From Neovahlkampfia damariscottae (taxonomy: Eukaryota): a DNA stretch of 63,281 nucleotides. The DNA lies in NCBI GenBank assembly GCA_016618085.1, contig JABLTG010000016.1, positions 124,001 through 187,281 on the forward strand, given 5' to 3'. Both the position numbers and the translations under genes were made by a program. Positions 52,422 through 63,281 of the stretch are shown piece by piece; within the stretch, counting starts at the first letter, position 1; every line of letters starts with the position of its first letter. Under the pieces are notes generated by a model, which was not told where the DNA came from, searched no databases, and saw nothing but the letters and a program-made list of their open reading frames with translations.

Positions 52422-53524
52422 TCAAAATCTTTGAGGTTTAATGGCCATTGAATCGTTTAAAAATAGAAAATGGATATTTAAATATATTTCATTTTTTTTG
52501 GAGCTGATCAATGGATAAGCATGGGTTATAACTTCAATTTTTTGGATATGTTCTTCAAAACCACATGTTACTATGAAGTCATGTTCATGGACACTTATTG
52601 TACTCCCATTTACGTGACCAGAAATAGTGTCCAAACAAATTCCGGTTTCCAAATTCCAAAATTTAATAGTTGTATCATAAGAGGTGGAAATAATATGCTT
52701 TGAAGAATAAATTGCAACATCACAAACAGTTTTTCTTTTTTCGAAGATTAGAAAGAAAAAAAATTACGTGTGTCCATAGAAATATTGAATTATCGATCCT
52801 ATAGGAATGTTATCAGTTTTTTGTTGGATTTATTACCATCTATTATTGATATTCTTTCAATTGAACCATTGTAATATCCAACAATGAGTGAAATGTTGTC
52901 TGGAATAAACGTTAAACACCACACTGGAAAAGATTTCTCGATAACTGAAAATTTGCATTTTGATATCAAATCCCAGATGACTATTGTCCTGTCTTTTGAA
53001 CCCGAAATTAAAATAGTCTCATCTGAGCTGATTGCAATATCATTTACGTGATCTGAATGACCTTCAAATGTATTTTCAAGATCAAAATCGAATCGTGAAA
53101 GCAATTTGATCGAAAAATCTCTAGAACCAGTAGCAATGTAATTTAAACTGTATTCTAAAGTGATTATAGGTTCTTGATGTAAATTGTTATAACAAAATTC
53201 TTCGATACAGTTGGCTTCAGGAGTAATGTTAAAACATTTTAGTGTTCCTATCATATCCGTACAATACAATCTATCACCAGAATAATCGAATTTAATATTC
53301 GTGGTTGTATATAAACCATGATCAAATGTCATATATTCTTTGAAATCATAAGAATGAAGAATTGAAATTCTGCGGTTGTCAACAAATGCTACAAATTCCC
53401 CATCTTTTGAAATAGATACATCCCACTGGACTCTAAAATATTTTGGAGAGTGTTTCATAGTATTTTTCAAAATATCTACCTGATCGATATGTCTTTTTTC
53501 ATCTAACTTTTTACTGAACTCCAT
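52422..53524 (-). CDS. WD40-repeat protein
   Basis: ATGSRDFSIK, GHSDHV..ISGSKDRTIVIWD, YDTTIKFW. Confidence 0.85.
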
Positions 53525-53601
53525 TTTGAGGATTTGATCTCAACTTGATTGGATCATTTTTAAATAATCGAAAAATAGAATAAAAAAATGGAATATTTAA
53601 T

Positions 53602-54237
53602 TTATTCTATAATTGTTTCTTTTTTAAAGGTCAAAATAAAACTCTTCCTGCTCTTCAATTTTTCAAAGTAATTTGTTAATTTTTCAAAATTTTTTAATTC
53701 ACCAATTTGATGAACCCAAAACAAATTAAATCCAATAGCAATATCAATTGAAGTGAATTTATCATCTGATAAAAAATCAAAATCTCCAAGACTTTTTTCA
53801 ATAAATGCCAATCGAATTCTCAATTTTTCAATATTTTCTTCAGTCACTGAAACATTATCATTGTTATTAAATATCAATTCTCTTATAATTTTCATAATAT
53901 TTTCATGAAATGAATTTGAGTAAACTATCCATTGATAAAACTTCTCCAAAGATGTTGGATGTAAAGTATGATACTGTGTATATTTTGATGAAAGTAGCAT
54001 TATAATAGATGAAAATTCTGTTAATATAACACCTTCTTCACTTATAAAAGTCGGAACTGTTCCATGTGGATTTATTTTTAAATAATCTTTTTTTTTGTTT
54101 TCTCCATTTTGTAAATTTATTGTTTTGATGATAAAATAGTTCTTCAAGCCTGTTTCTTCAATTTCATTTATTAACCATAAAACAACTGATGAAGTTGTTC
54201 GTGGTGCATGATACAAAATTGGTCGATTTGAAGTCAT
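53602..54237 (-). CDS. glutathione S-transferase, intronless
   Basis: YLKINPHGTVP, LTEFSSI, FTSIDI; GST N and C domains. Confidence 0.9.
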   Translation of the reverse strand: MTSNRPILYHAPRTTSSVVLWLINEIEETGLKNYFIIKTINLQNGENKKKDYLKINPHGTVPTFISEEGVILTEFSSIIMLLSSKYTQYHTLHPTSLEKFYQWIVYSNSFHENIMKIIRELIFNNNDNVSVTEENIEKLRIRLAFIEKSLGDFDFLSDDKFTSIDIAIGFNLFWVHQIGELKNFEKLTNYFEKLKSRKSFILTFKKETIIE

Positions 54238-54304
54238 CGTTTATTATTGGTTCATAATTTTCCACCAATTATTTATTTTTTTCACCTCACAACCAGGTTG
54301 AAAG

Positions 54305-54730
54305 ATGGATTTGAATAATTTGACACAAAAACAGTATATACTACTTGGAGGTTCTGTATTAACGATTGGATTGTGTGGTGCTTCATTTTTTAAACCAAAT
54401 TTAAAGCCAAGAGCAATTTTAGTTGCCCAACATTTGATTTATCAATTGTTAAAAGAATTTGAATCCATTAATAATTCACCACCTTTTTATTCTTGGATAT
54501 ACACCATCATTTTAACCATCACTGAATTGTTCAAAATTGGACCATTTTATAAGCATTCTATAGCTAGTCCTATTATGTTGATAAGACAAATTAATCCTTA
54601 TTTTGATTTATTTTTTGATAAACGTTGGAGTGTTTTGAGATTAGTTGGATTTGTAATGGCATATCGATTGGTAAAAGGAAAATTCTCGAGTGAAGAAGTG
54701 GTGGATGAAATTAAAATTAAAGAAGATTAA
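54305..54730 (+). CDS. hypothetical membrane protein
   Basis: 141-aa ORF with hydrophobic segments; upstream CCAAT. Confidence 0.6.
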   Translation: MDLNNLTQKQYILLGGSVLTIGLCGASFFKPNLKPRAILVAQHLIYQLLKEFESINNSPPFYSWIYTIILTITELFKIGPFYKHSIASPIMLIRQINPYFDLFFDKRWSVLRLVGFVMAYRLVKGKFSSEEVVDEIKIKED

Positions 54731-54827
54731 TTTGTTGACAAATACCTTTTATTATCTCTTAAATATTAAAAACTGGAAATCAATTGAAAAATGTTAGAAA
54801 AGCAGCAGTAATATTGAAGAGAAATTC

Positions 54828-55536
54828 TTATTGAGATTTCAAATTCATCAAAATTAGTTTGGATAATTTTTCATACTCAACTGCATCAATGACTTTCAGG
54901 TGATATTCTCTTGTGACATTTTGTTTTTTGTATTTTATGTAATAATGAAATTTCATCAACTTTTCGACAATTTTTTCAAAGTCATCTTCATTTTTAATTT
55001 GATCTGGTAAGGGGTGTATAATTTTTAGAACTCCTAATTTCTCAAAGAATTCTCCCAACACGAGTATTCCTTTCTAATGTATTGAATCCTCTCTTTCAAA
55101 TCAACATTTAAATAAAATCTGTGAATGTAAAACGAATATGACATCAATATCTTACTTTTCTATTGAATTTTGAAGTAACTTCCATTTGGTATTTTGACAT
55201 TTCCTTCTGCTTTACTTTCATTTTCAATAAAAATTAGTTTTTCAAAATCAAATTGATTCAATGACCAGTATAATCTTGATTCAAACATTCTTTTTTGTTA
55301 GAAAATTAACTTTCTTTTTTCATTTGTGATGATGGTTGAACATTTGGAATTTTTCCTAAAATAGAACCTCTATGATTTGCACACCATTCTAAATCTAACA
55401 CTTGTCCTCCATTTTCTTTAAGTTTATTTAACAATAAACCTTTTCCTAAACCTGTTAATCCATCAATTACAATAAATTTAGCATCAAGTGATTCAACAAA
55501 AACCAATAGGATTCAATACATTGGTGATTTAAACAT
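54828..55536 (-). pseudogene. selU: tRNA 2-selenouridine synthase (SelU/MnmH)-like pseudogene
   Basis: IDGLTGLGK, VLDLEWCANHRGSILG, QPSSQ..MFESRL, IFIENESK..GNVKIP. In-frame stops, frameshifts and a broken intron donor; rhodanese domain largely missing. Confidence 0.8.
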
Positions 55537-55651
55537 TTTGTTTCAATTACAGCACCGATTGTCCAATGATTTCCTTGTTAAACTCATTTAAATTTTTGGA
55601 AATGAAATAATTTATTTTTTTTGATACACGTGAATTTTCAATTCTACGTGT

Positions 55652-56367
55652 TTATTCTGCGTCTTTTCCTTTATAAATTTTAAAAGCATGATCAACTTGA
55701 TCATAATATTCAACACAACCAGTTTCAATTGTAAAATACCAAGCATATAACTCTAATTCATTATTTTCAACTTTTTCTTTAATATTTGGGTATGTCATTA
55801 AATTTCTAATTTGTTCTAAAACTGAAACTTTTTCAGTCATTTCTCTTTTTTCTTCTTCTTTGATTTCTCCATTTTTAATCATATGTTCAACAATTTTTCT
55901 TGTGTTCTTTCCGTGAGATAACCATTGTGAAAGATGTGGAAATTTTTTGATGTCTAATTCATCATTGTACAAACTTGCGCAGGCACCACAATGTTGATGT
56001 GAACATACAATGATTTCTTTAACTCCTAATACGTTAACTGCAAACTCTATTGTAGCTCCTGCTTCATTAGCGTTTGAATTAAAATGTGGAATGAAATTTC
56101 CAACATTTCTATGAACAAAAATTTCTCCGGGTGCTGAATTTGTGATAAAATTTGGTACAACCTTTGAATTACAATGAAATTTTTTCTTACTCTTGAGTCA
56201 CTACATGAAAAGTACAATGTCTTTGGAGACTGACCTTCTTTGGCTAAACGTTCATACTCATCTTCTCCATGTTTGAAAGTGGTATTTAAAAATTCTTTGT
56301 GTCCACGGAGTAATTCAGAAGCTCCAGAAGTGACTTCAACTTTATCTAATGCCTCAGGTAAAGACAT
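55652..56367 (-). CDS. beta-class carbonic anhydrase (1 intron)
   Basis: CSDSR/V, PGEIFVHRNVGN, IEFAV..LGV..IIVCSHQHCGA. Confidence 0.93.
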
Positions 56368-56482
56368 TATTTGATTGGATATTAAAATTTAATCCAATCA
56401 GATTTATCAATTTTATGGCCAACGTTAGAAAATTTGTTTTGGAAAGTTTCCGCATGTGGAAAGAAAATAAAAATTTTAATTC

Positions 56483-59030
56483 TCATTTTTGAAAATTCCT
56501 ATTAAGTTTTCTTTTCTTTGGTGTTGATGTTTCTTCTTCATCATTCTTCAAAGAATCTAAAAATTCTTGCATTTGATTTTTTTGTTGAAGGAGTATTGTT
56601 TCATACATCAATTGTTGATTTTTTAAAGATTTTTGTGATTGAATTTTCAATTCAGATATTTCACTTTGAAACTGATTTTTTTGTTGTAATAGTTCTGTTT
56701 GGAAGGTTAATTTCTGATCTTTCAACTGTTTTTCAAAATGTTCACGATTTCTTATCAAATTATTTTCTTGATCACTTTTAATCTCTTTCAGTGTATTTTC
56801 AATTTTCTTGTCAATTATTTGTCCCATTGATAGAATAGATTCATCTACTTTTGACTCTAATACTTTTTCAAAATCAGTAAATTCTTCAGCAATTTTTCTG
56901 AATTGCTTTTGTGTTGCTATTGAATCAAATGATGCTTCGCTTTTTATTCTAATCAAATTTTCAAGTAAAAGAGTCTTATTTGATTCATAAATTGATTTCC
57001 AACACATATCATGAACTAAATTTCCAATATTTGCATCAATTGCTAATTCCAAGACTTCAAATGCATTTTCAGGTGTTATTTCAAATAATAACTGACCTAA
57101 TGCAATTTCTTTCAATCCATTCAATATCAAAAAATCTGCAAATTTTATCAATTCTAAAATTTCATGAATCTTTTTTGGTAAATCACAAGTACAATTATAC
57201 ATGAATTGAATTGCTGCAAAAAGTATTTTGTGACTCACTTGAAATGTAATTTGTTTCTCTTCTGAATCTTTATATGAATTTCCACGAAACAATCCTTGAA
57301 AATATTGTGATGACAGATATAAAATTGCTTTGTGAGCTTTAATTGGAATATTTTGTTCTGAACACAATAAGACATCAAAGAATTCTTTTGATTCAAATAA
57401 ATAAGATAAATGATTTTGAAAAATAATAATTGGTTGCTTCTCTATTGAAACATCAAGATCTTCTTCAATAAAAGTGGTATCATCTTGTTTATAAGAAAGC
57501 AATTCAAGAAATAACTCTTGATCAAGTAATTTCATACCTGGTTGTTTGATTATTTCATCTTTAAAATTCCCAAATAAATCAAGACAAATATTCTTGATTG
57601 TTTCACATTTCATTTGATTTGAAATTCTCATAAAATCTAAAACATTTTCTTTACAAATGAATTTCTTTATAATTTCTGTCAATTTTGGTGCCAATGTATG
57701 AACTTCAAATTTAATTGAAGCAGAATACATATCCATCAATACAAATGAATCTAAATCTGTTGGCAAAACAGCTCCGTAGAGATAATCCAATATCAATGAA
57801 AAGGTTTCTTGTTTTATATCATTCAAATGGATTTCAGTTTTTTTTAATAACAGATTTTTGAAAAATGCGCTTTGTGATAAAATACATTTATGACATTTGA
57901 ATTTTTTTCCATCAACAATGAAACATGTATCAGATAAAACTTCTGAACTTAATAGATTGATCAAATGTAAATTCATTGCATTTTTCAAAGCTTTTCCAAA
58001 TTTCAATGATTCAACAGAGTTATATCTCTGCTCATAATATCTTCCTCCGAATATGTAAATTGTATCTTGGTACCAACAAGCCGTAAGATTGTTTTTCTTT
58101 TCAAATTTTCCAATAATCTGTTTTTTACTCCAGTTGTTATTTGTAACATCATATTCAAATACTTCATTTTTATTGGAGTGATGTTTTCCATTAAAAATTA
58201 GAAAATTTTTTCCGTCAAGAGTTGGCAAACAAATATGAGAAGATCTTGGAGAAGGAATAATCCCAGTGGATTCTATTTTTGACCATATTTTTGTTGATAA
58301 ATTCAAATAAAACAATGAATCTGATCTTTCGGAGTTTTGAAGAAAACCACCAAAAATGTACATTTTTTTATGAAGTATAATTGCGGAATGTCTAATTCTA
58401 GCTGGTGGTTCATCACCTAATGTATCTAATGTCACAAAAAAATTCCCTTTTGTATGATAAACTAGTGTCTGTTTTGAGTAAGGAATATTTCCATCATAAC
58501 CTCCATAGACAATCATAGATTCATCATCTTCAAAAAAACATGCTGAATGAGCAGATAAACCTCTTGTTTTACCTTTCCAAAATTCAATTTTAAAACAAAA
58601 TACCTAATTCTCTTATGATACTCTTTACTGAATAAAACACTTTTGTGAAAGTGAAATTTTCCAAATTAAAAGTATAAACTTCATTTGATTTCTGATCTTT
58701 TTCTGTCCATCCTCCAAAAATTATAATTTCTTTTTCGTTTTTATTTAAAACTGCTGTATGGTCACATCTACCTTGATGTAAAAAAATTCACATTTTTTTT
58801 TAGTATTTACTTGGTGGTATGGGTCCATTGATTTCAATTTCGGACCATTCAAAGTTTTTTAGATTTAGTTTGTAGACAGATTTTGAAAAGTGGGTTCCTT
58901 TTGAACGACCTCCATAGCAATACATATTGTCTTTATATACAGTAGATGTATGATATGAAAGTGGAATCATATCTATTCCAATTGTTGAAACTAAATTCGA
59001 GATCACATTTTGTTCTTCGTTTTCTTCCAT
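56483..59030 (-). CDS. Kelch-repeat + tandem BTB protein with C-terminal coiled coil
   Basis: Kelch GG/W repeats; BTBs SDTCFIVDGKKFKCHKCIL and AHKAIL..YF; 2 introns near the 5' end. Confidence 0.9.
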
Positions 59031-59183
59031 CACAATATTTGAAAAGATATCATTGGCCTCTTTTTCGAAAGTTGAAACAGTGAGAGTTGAAATATTTTTT
59101 TTAATGATTCATAAAATGACAATTTTTATTTCTCGGAGTTTTTTTCCGTTTATCCAATTATTTTATTGCAAGGAAAAACTTCA

Positions 59184-60139
59184 ATGGATCTGAATGGAAA
59201 GATTTTGAGTTTACAATCTCATGTGGTTCATGGATATGTTGGAAATAGAAGTGCTGTTTTTCCTTTACAATTGCTTGGCTTTGAAGTTGATGTTATTAAC
59301 TCAGTTCAATTTTCAAATCACACAGGTTACAAAAGTTTCAAAGGAGAAAGATTAACAGGTGAACAACTTGAAGATTTAATAACTGGACTTGAGGAAAATA
59401 ATTTGATAAATTATAGCCACCTATTGACAGGTTTTTATTTTTTCAGTGTTAAAAAAAAAAAAGGTTATATTGGATCTCCTAGTTTCTTGGAAAAAGTTGT
59501 TTCTCTTGTGGAAAAATTGAAAAAGAAAAGTGACAAATTTTTGTATGGTAATCTATATTTCATTAAAAACTAACTTTTAGTTTGTGATCCTGTTATTGGA
59601 GATTATATTGAAGGAAAAGGAAAAACTTATGTTCCAAAAGAACTGATACAAATATACCAAGAAAAAGTGATAAAAAATGCTCACATTTTGATGCCAAACA
59701 GATATGAAGCAGAAATTTTGTCAAACAAAAAAATTGAAAACCTTGAAGATGCAAAAATGGTCTGTGACACTTTTCATGAACAAGGAATTTCAATTGTGGT
59801 GTTAAAAAGTTTAGATTTTGAAAAAGATTATATAACCATCGTTGGTTCTCAAAAAAACGGAAACAAATATAAAATCAATGTCAAAAGAGTTCAAGGATAT
59901 TTCACAGGTACTGGAGATTTAATTGCAGCTTTGATTTTAGCAACAACTACTTTACACAAGTAAAAACATATTCACTAAATATTTTTAGAGATAATTTCAA
60001 GTTGGCTTTAGAAAAGGCTGTTTCAGGTGTTCAACAGGTCATTTCGGAAACACCAACCGGAAGTGAATTGTTTTTAATCCAAAGCAGAAAATTAATTCAA
60101 AATTTAGATGTAATTTGTAAAGCAGTATTGATTGAATAA
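59184..60139 (+). CDS. PDXK: pyridoxal kinase (3 introns)
   Basis: LSLQSHVVHGYVGN, SVQFSNHTGY, LLTGY, VCDPVIGD, PNRYEAE, FTGTGDL. Confidence 0.95.
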
Positions 60140-60142
60140 CAT

Positions 60143-61273
60143 TTATTGTTTAAAAATGAATTCATTATTTTGTTTACAAAATAATTTTGGAACGTAACTT
60201 TCTTGAGGATGTGTTTTTCTTTTTTCTCTTTCTCTACCTTCAACAATATTTTTTTCAACATCCGCTTCATCATAATCTAAATCATTGATAGCTTTTGAAA
60301 CATTGTACCAAACACTATGAAGTTAATGATCAATTTCTTACTTTCTTGATTCTTCTTCTGCATATCTTGGATTTGAAACAACTTCTTTGCTCACATTCTT
60401 GAGAGAATGGATATCCATGAATTGTTCAATCGAACCAAAATGACTTTCAATATCTAATTCTTCATGAACATTCCCAAAAACTCTTGAAATTTCAGTTCCG
60501 TCTTGATAAACTTTCATTTCAATTCTATCAACATCCCATTCAATATTAGCTTCAAATCCTGTCTTTTTGCATTTGATAAAAGATTTTCCTGTGTAACCCA
60601 TTTTAATTTGACCAAAAAATATGTTCTTCACAAGGATAGTTGGAGGTGTAATTTCATAAATTTCCTTTTTATCAATAATAAGAAAATAACATCCTTTCAT
60701 TGAAATAGTGGCTGAATTTGAAAAAACATGCAATGCTGCATTTGGGGACACTGAAGCTTTAATCTCAAATTTGTTTTTTTCATTCACAGCATAAACTGCA
60801 CTTATTGGAGGATGATGAGAAACTTGTTCTGCAAAATATTGAGTTGTACTTCCATCACTGAGTCGAAAATTAGAAATGAAAACTTCTCCCAAAATTGGAT
60901 TGTAAGGTTTTGCAACACCTTAGAAATTAAGTTTTTCATTAAAATTACCAAAAGGATAAGGTGTTAAATACCATGGACTTAAATACCATTTTGAGACATT
61001 CATAATGTTTCCATAACCGTTTGTACTTTTATACAGACTGTAGAGAATTTAGTAAGATTCAACACATTACTCAATCAAATAATCTTGATGTAATAACAGA
61101 TCGCTATACTTTTCTAAAAATGATCTTTTTTCCAAAACGAATGATGGAAAAGAAAAATGTAATAAGTCAACATTGTGTTTGATTATGTATTTTAAAATGG
61201 CCCAAATTAAGCTTGAATTGATATTTCCAGTGTATTTTTCATCATAAACATCATCATAAGATATTTGTTTCAT
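60143..61273 (-). CDS. short oxysterol-binding-protein-related protein (ORD only)
   Basis: LEKRSFLE, KPYNPILGE, AEQVSHHPPISA. Confidence 0.92.
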
Positions 61274-61321
61274 TTGAACTTGTTGATCAAAAAATTATCC
61301 AATAAAAATTTAATAAGAATT

Positions 61322-62457
61322 TCAATTGAAAGATACGAATGTATCTTGAAATGAACAAAAGTTTTTGAATATATCAGATTTCATGTTTTCTTTTCTTGAT
61401 GGTAATTCAATGAAATACCCTGAATCTAAGTCTGATGGATCATCAATCCATCCTCCTTGAATAAACAATTCGTTTTTTTCAGTGATAGCAGAAGCATTCC
61501 AATATCTTTCTTTTAAAAATTCTCCATACACTTCAATTTCTTTCCAAGTTTCAGTTGAAATATGAAATTCAAATAATTCATTTGAAGAATTACCTGTGTT
61601 GCCACCAAAAACATAAATTGAGTTTCCAAGAATATTTAATGTCTGAGCAGATCTAAGTTTTGGTTTTATACCTTTAGCATTGATTTCAAACCACCTTGAG
61701 GATCCAATGTCAAATTTCCACAAATCATTGAACCTTTCTTCTTCATCACGTCCACCAAAAAGGTAAATAACATTATCTTTTGAAACGATATTGATATATC
61801 TTCTAGGTAAAGGTTTATCACCTACAACATCAACTTCTTCCCATTTGTTGTTGTTTAAGTCATACCGATGTAAATCATTCAATTGATAAGTTCTACGGTG
61901 ATTTTTTCCACCAAAAATACATAAAATCTCCAATAATAGTTGAACCATGGTATCTTCGTGATTCTGGACATGTTTTTGGTATCGGTAATAGTAGTAGGGG
62001 TCTATGCTTAAAACCAGAGAGTATATTTTACAAAAATAAAGAGTAACGGATGGTCTGAATTTTGAAAAATTTCGGTTGAATTTTTGAAGGTTTTTTTTGC
62101 TCTTTGATTATCAAAATTTACTCGCTGGAAAAAAGCTTAGGCCCACTACTACTGGTAATTTTTCAAAAGTTGACGTTGACATGTCTATTTTTATAACAAT
62201 GTCATTTGGAGTAGAAAAGTAATATCCACCCCAAACATAACAGAAATTATCTTTTACAGAAGAGTGATATCTTAGGATTGTTTTTGTCTCAATTTTTTCT
62301 GTTCTTATTTTTTTTTGTGTCAACCACAAGAATGCTATGAATATAAGTGGAAAGAGAACTCATTCCGAAGAGGAAAAAATATTTTCCTTCATAAATAGCA
62401 ACAGTGTGCTGATTGTTCTGTACGAAATTCTTCTGGTGCTACTTTCCACTTGTACAT
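61322..62457 (-). pseudogene. Kelch-repeat pseudogene interrupted by a 164-bp insertion
   Basis: MYKWK..SAHC; frameshifts near 62390, 62310 and 61918. Removing the insertion and one TSD copy restores FEKLPIPKTCPESRRYHGS. Confidence 0.82.
61990..62153. mobile_element. miniature non-autonomous element with Polinton/Maverick-type ends
   Basis: 6-bp TSD GGTAAT (61984-61989 and 62154-62159); termini AGTAGTAG...CTACTACT; imperfect TIRs ~61990-62046 and ~62097-62153. Confidence 0.85.
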
Positions 62458-62965
62458 TTTGTTGGGAATGTCGATTGGTCGATTTATTTGAGGATTTTCT
62501 TGGACTTCAAAAAATAGTAGTTGTCAAGACATCTGAGAAGTGAGCGTCTTTTGGAAATCTCACGGTTGCTAGTTATCAAATATAAAATCAAATTTGCTGA
62601 CCATTGAACTTCAAAAATTAATAATCAATATTCCAATCGGAACTAGGCACAAGAGTTATACAAGCGCATTAAAATAACTAATAAACATTCACAACTTTCG
62701 AATACCCAATTTTTTCTTGTTGCTTCTCTTTTTTTTGTTTGTATTCTGTGTGAAACTTCAGAAAATTCAATTGTCTTTTTATTTTCAAGTAAACCTTTTG
62801 ATTCATACAGTGCCAAGATTCTGATAGTATCTCTCAAAAGAAGGTCCTAGTAATTTTGTTTTGGTCATCTGGATCTGGTTTTAATTTGCAATTTAAATTT
62901 TGGTATTTTTTGGAGTTTGATCATGAATCGAAGAATATATTTTTTAAAAATAAATAGTTCAAAAT

Positions 62966-63281
62966 TTATTTTACAATTGTTTTTTTTAATTCATCAACCA
63001 TTTTTAATGATTTTACAATATTTAAAACTGTTTCTTTTCTTTTTTTCATTATAAAACTTGAACCTTGAATAACATCTAATTTACAAAGATTTCTTGTTAA
63101 AAGTTCATCAAATTTTAAAACTTCATATTCAAAATCTTTGTATTGTAATTTTCCATTATAAAATTCTTCAAGTTCTATTATTAATTTATTTGCTTCTTCT
63201 GAAACTTTTTTTATTTTTTCTAATGAAACTTTATCTGAAGTTGAAAGTTTATCTTCTTCTTCTTCTTGAGTATTCTCTTCC
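62966..63281 (-). CDS. BAG-domain protein, C-terminal part (5' end outside the window)
   Basis: FDELLTRNLCKLDVIQG...KKRKETVLNIVKSLKMVDELKK* matches BAG helices 2-3. Confidence 0.75.
   Translation of the reverse strand, partial: EENTQEEEEDKLSTSDKVSLEKIKKVSEEANKLIIELEEFYNGKLQYKDFEYEVLKFDELLTRNLCKLDVIQGSSFIMKKRKETVLNIVKSLKMVDELKKTIVK

Noticed and set aside
55513..55515. In-frame TGA near the start of the selU-like ORF as possible selenocysteine
   Set aside because: A TAG stop and frameshifts follow, and no convincing SECIS was seen.
62342..62454. 10-13-bp inverted repeat AAGTGGAAAG/CTTTCCACTT with internal hairpins, suggesting a MITE or ncRNA
   Set aside because: The - strand reads as the frameshifted first Kelch repeat (MYKWK..SAHC..IYEGKYFFLFG), and excising it does not restore a frame.

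Overview
AT-rich, very gene-dense eukaryotic (protist) nuclear DNA in the standard genetic code. About 35 protein genes are interrupted by very short GT-AG introns (~29-41 nt), and intergenic gaps are often under 80 bp. This style is consistent with a heterolobosean/Discoba-like amoeba, but that is an inference. Recognisable genes: ARMH3-like, peroxisomal glycolate oxidase, primase large subunit, a Rho/Rac GTPase, two Kelch-BTB proteins, a head-to-head pair of SH3-DH-PH RhoGEFs, EDEM, a TLC protein, a bacterial-type VIT-vWA-TPR-DUF2135 protein, a CUE protein, NPRL2, VPS33, Kelch-LRR, a P2X receptor, an alpha/beta hydrolase, an NHL-repeat protein, a tail-anchored Aha1-N protein, a GH31 glycosidase, B-box-RCC1, a Nup214-like nucleoporin, WD40, GST, beta-carbonic anhydrase, pyridoxal kinase, an OSBP-related protein and a BAG protein. 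There is also one solitary 5S rRNA gene and several pseudogenes (actin, SelU-like, Kelch). Most notable observations: (1) a 164-bp element with AGTAGTAG...CTACTACT termini, ~57-bp imperfect TIRs and a perfect 6-bp TSD, the Polinton/Maverick signature at MITE size, inserted in a Kelch gene; (2) an orientation-independent CCAAT box within 0-45 nt of nearly every start codon; (3) an unassigned structured Pol III-type (A/B box) element at ~41.5 kb. Exon boundaries were read by eye and all product calls come from motif recognition, not database searches.
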